The notes under the pieces are model-generated. The model saw nothing but the letters and a program-made list of their open reading frames with translations, had not been told where the DNA came from and did no database searches. DNA of 64,000 nt, taken from assembly GCA_045544115.1 (NCBI GenBank), contig JAZPYI010000045.1:26850-90849 (forward strand), written 5' to 3'. The translations under genes were made by a program, and so were the position numbers. The stretch comes from Acutalibacteraceae bacterium (GTDB lineage: Bacteria > Bacillota > Clostridia > Oscillospirales > Acutalibacteraceae). Below, piece by piece: positions 61,761 through 64,000 of this stretch. Positions within the stretch are counted from its first letter, which is position 1; each line of letters starts with the position of its first letter.

Positions 61761-61791
61761 GGGAGTCGCTTTATACGGCGGCTCCTTTTTC
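61761..61791 (+). terminator. terminator between mgsA and hisS
   Basis: ggagtcgc/gcggctcc stem plus TTTTTT. Confidence 0.7.
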
Positions 61792-61827
61792 ACCCAAAAA
61801 ATTATAAGTCTAAAAAGGAAGAAAACT

Positions 61828-63168
61828 ATGGCTTTAGTAACCAAGGCTGTTAAAGGCACGCAGGATTTGCTGCCTGCAGACAGCTATAAAAATCAGTTTA
61901 TCGAATCAACAATGCTTGATATCGCTTCAAAATTCGGTTTTAAAGAAGTAAGAACTCCCGTTTTTGAGCATACCGAGCTTTTCCAGAGAGGTGTCGGCGA
62001 AACAACCGATGTTGTCCAAAAGGAAATGTATACCTTCAACGATAAGGGCGAGCGCTCAATAACTCTTCGCCCCGAAGGTACTGCAGGCGCAGTAAGAGCC
62101 TTCCTCGAGCACGGTCTTTTCAATGAGGCTCTGCCCTCAAAGATGTGCTATCTCACCTCATGCTACCGCTACGAAAAGCCTCAGGCAGGCAGACTGCGTG
62201 AATTTCACCAGTTTGGTGTTGAGGTTTTCGGTGCCGGCGCACCCGCTGCCGATGCAGAGGTAATCTCCGTTGCCAACGAGATTTTTGCCTTCCTCGGTGT
62301 GCAGAATCTTCAGCTTGAAATCAATTCAATCGGATGCCCTGAATGCAGAAAAAAATATCATAATGCTCTTAAAGAATATTTTGAGTCAAAGAAGGAAAAT
62401 CTTTGCGGCACCTGCCTTGAAAGACTCGAGAAGAACCCCATGAGAATCCTTGACTGCAAGAGTCCGATATGCAGCGATATAACAAAGGATGCTCCCGTAA
62501 TTCTCGACTATGTTTGCGATGAATGCTCGGCTCACTTTGAAAGTGTCAAGAAATATCTTGATGTTATGAATATCGAATACACTGTAAACCCCAAAATCGT
62601 AAGAGGTCTTGACTATTATTCAAGAACCGTTTTTGAGTTTGTATCAAACGAAATCGGCGCACAGGGTACGGTATGCGGCGGCGGAAGATACGACGGGCTT
62701 GTTGAAGAGCTTGGCGGACCTCACACTCCCGCTCTCGGCTTCGGAATGGGTATCGAAAGACTTCTTCTCCTGCTTAAGGCGCAGAATATTGAAATTCCCG
62801 AACCCTCGGGCTGTGACCTTTATATAGCACCCATGGGTGATGCCGCATCACTTGAAGCAATGAAAATTGTTTCAGACCTTCGCGCAAACGGTGTTTCGGC
62901 TCAGACAGATGTTGTAGGCAGATCACTCAAGGCTCAGATGAAATTCGCCGACAAAATCGGCGCAAAATACACCATGGTTCTTGGCGATAATGAAATTAAC
63001 GAAGGCAAGGCAAAAATTAAAAACATGAACACGGGCGAAGCAAGCGAAGCAGAGCTTGCGGATCTCGGCGAAAGCTTCATGGAGTTTCTCGTACGAGAAG
63101 CCACAGCCGCTCTTGGCGAAAGCCTCAACCTTGAAGGTGTTGACCTTTCGGGATTACTTAATATTTAA
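61828..63168 (+). CDS. hisS: histidine-tRNA ligase
   Basis: KG..D.LP, LRPEGTAG, RYEKPQAGR.REFHQ, VRGLDYY, GGGRYD. Confidence 0.96.
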   Translation: MALVTKAVKGTQDLLPADSYKNQFIESTMLDIASKFGFKEVRTPVFEHTELFQRGVGETTDVVQKEMYTFNDKGERSITLRPEGTAGAVRAFLEHGLFNEALPSKMCYLTSCYRYEKPQAGRLREFHQFGVEVFGAGAPAADAEVISVANEIFAFLGVQNLQLEINSIGCPECRKKYHNALKEYFESKKENLCGTCLERLEKNPMRILDCKSPICSDITKDAPVILDYVCDECSAHFESVKKYLDVMNIEYTVNPKIVRGLDYYSRTVFEFVSNEIGAQGTVCGGGRYDGLVEELGGPHTPALGFGMGIERLLLLLKAQNIEIPEPSGCDLYIAPMGDAASLEAMKIVSDLRANGVSAQTDVVGRSLKAQMKFADKIGAKYTMVLGDNEINEGKAKIKNMNTGEASEAELADLGESFMEFLVREATAALGESLNLEGVDLSGLLNI

Positions 63169-63189
63169 TCATAAACGAGGTAGAATAAA

Positions 63190-64000
63190 ATGGATTTTAT
63201 GACCGGTCTTAAAAGAACCCATTACTGCGGTGACCTCCGCCTTGCAGACGCAGGCAAAACAGTTACCGTTGCAGGCTGGGTACAGCGCCAGAGAGACCTC
63301 GGCGCACTCATCTTCATTGATTTGAGGGACAGAGAGGGCATTGTTCAGCTTGCCTTTGACGAATCAACCGCAAAGGATGTTTTTGAAAAAGCAGCTTCAG
63401 CAAGAAGCGAATATGTTCTCATGGCTCAGGGTGTTGTAAGAGAACGTTCCGCAAAAAACACAGAAATCCCCACAGGTGAAATTGAAATCGAGGTAACAGA
63501 TCTCCGTGTGCTTGCAAAAAGTGAAACTCCCCCGTTTGAAATCATTGAAGACTGCCAGACTGCGGAGCTTACAAGACTTAAATACCGCTATCTTGACCTT
63601 CGCAGACCCGATTTGCAGAAGAATATTCTTCTCCGCCACAAAATAACAAAGATTACAAGGGACTATTTTGATGAAAACGGCTTCATCGAAATCGAAACAC
63701 CCATTCTTATTAAATCAACTCCCGAGGGTGCAAGAGATTATCTTGTTCCCAGCCGTATCCACAAGGGCAAGTTCTATGCTCTTCCTCAGTCACCCCAGCT
63801 TTACAAGCAGCTTTCAATGGTTGCGGGCTTTGACAGATACATGCAGATTGCCCGCTGCTTCCGTGACGAGGACTTAAGAGCAGACCGCCAGCCCGAATTT
63901 ACTCAGATTGACCTTGAAATGTCCTTCGTTGATATGGAAGATGTTCTTTCAATCGGTGAAGGCTATATCGAAAGAGTTTTCCGTGAAGCTATCGGCACGG
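63190..64000 (+). CDS. aspS: aspartate-tRNA ligase, 5' part (runs off window end; not in ORF track)
   Basis: [70 protein letters not shown]. Confidence 0.96.
   Translation, partial: MDFMTGLKRTHYCGDLRLADAGKTVTVAGWVQRQRDLGALIFIDLRDREGIVQLAFDESTAKDVFEKAASARSEYVLMAQGVVRERSAKNTEIPTGEIEIEVTDLRVLAKSETPPFEIIEDCQTAELTRLKYRYLDLRRPDLQKNILLRHKITKITRDYFDENGFIEIETPILIKSTPEGARDYLVPSRIHKGKFYALPQSPQLYKQLSMVAGFDRYMQIARCFRDEDLRADRQPEFTQIDLEMSFVDMEDVLSIGEGYIERVFREAIGT

Overview
Mostly core-genome DNA from a clostridial Firmicute; an Oscillospiraceae/Ruminococcaceae-like gut anaerobe is inferred from gene content and gene style. Contents: cysK, a folate cluster (folE-folP-folB-folK), rpmG-secE-nusG-rplK-rplA-rplJ-rplL, hom-lysC, ogg and nth, purE-purF-purM-purN-purD-purL, argS, ddl, gyrB-gyrA, mgsA, hisS and the start of aspS. 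I saw no CRISPR array, rRNA, transposase, integrase or phage structural gene. Most unusual items: (1) a stand-alone RnfD/E/A-like membrane trio with no rnfC/G/B, which has lost 3 of the 4 Fe-ligating Cys and the FMN-carrying Thr. It heads a ~10.8 kb minus-strand gene run that also holds an LCP protein lacking its catalytic Arg residues. (2) A ~1 kb AT-rich islet at the 3' end of tRNA-Pro(TGG), carrying a self-contained ~205-nt hairpin RNA (promoter, long stem, cUUCGg terminator) and a small membrane-protein gene. (3) An interrupted partial copy of the tRNA-Pro 5' half between the tRNA promoter and the intact tRNA. (4) A dense DnaA-box cluster between ogg and nth with no dnaA nearby. (5) A PurF lacking the N-terminal catalytic Cys and a Ddl with Asp257->Gly. 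All family assignments come from motif recognition by eye; no database searches were run.
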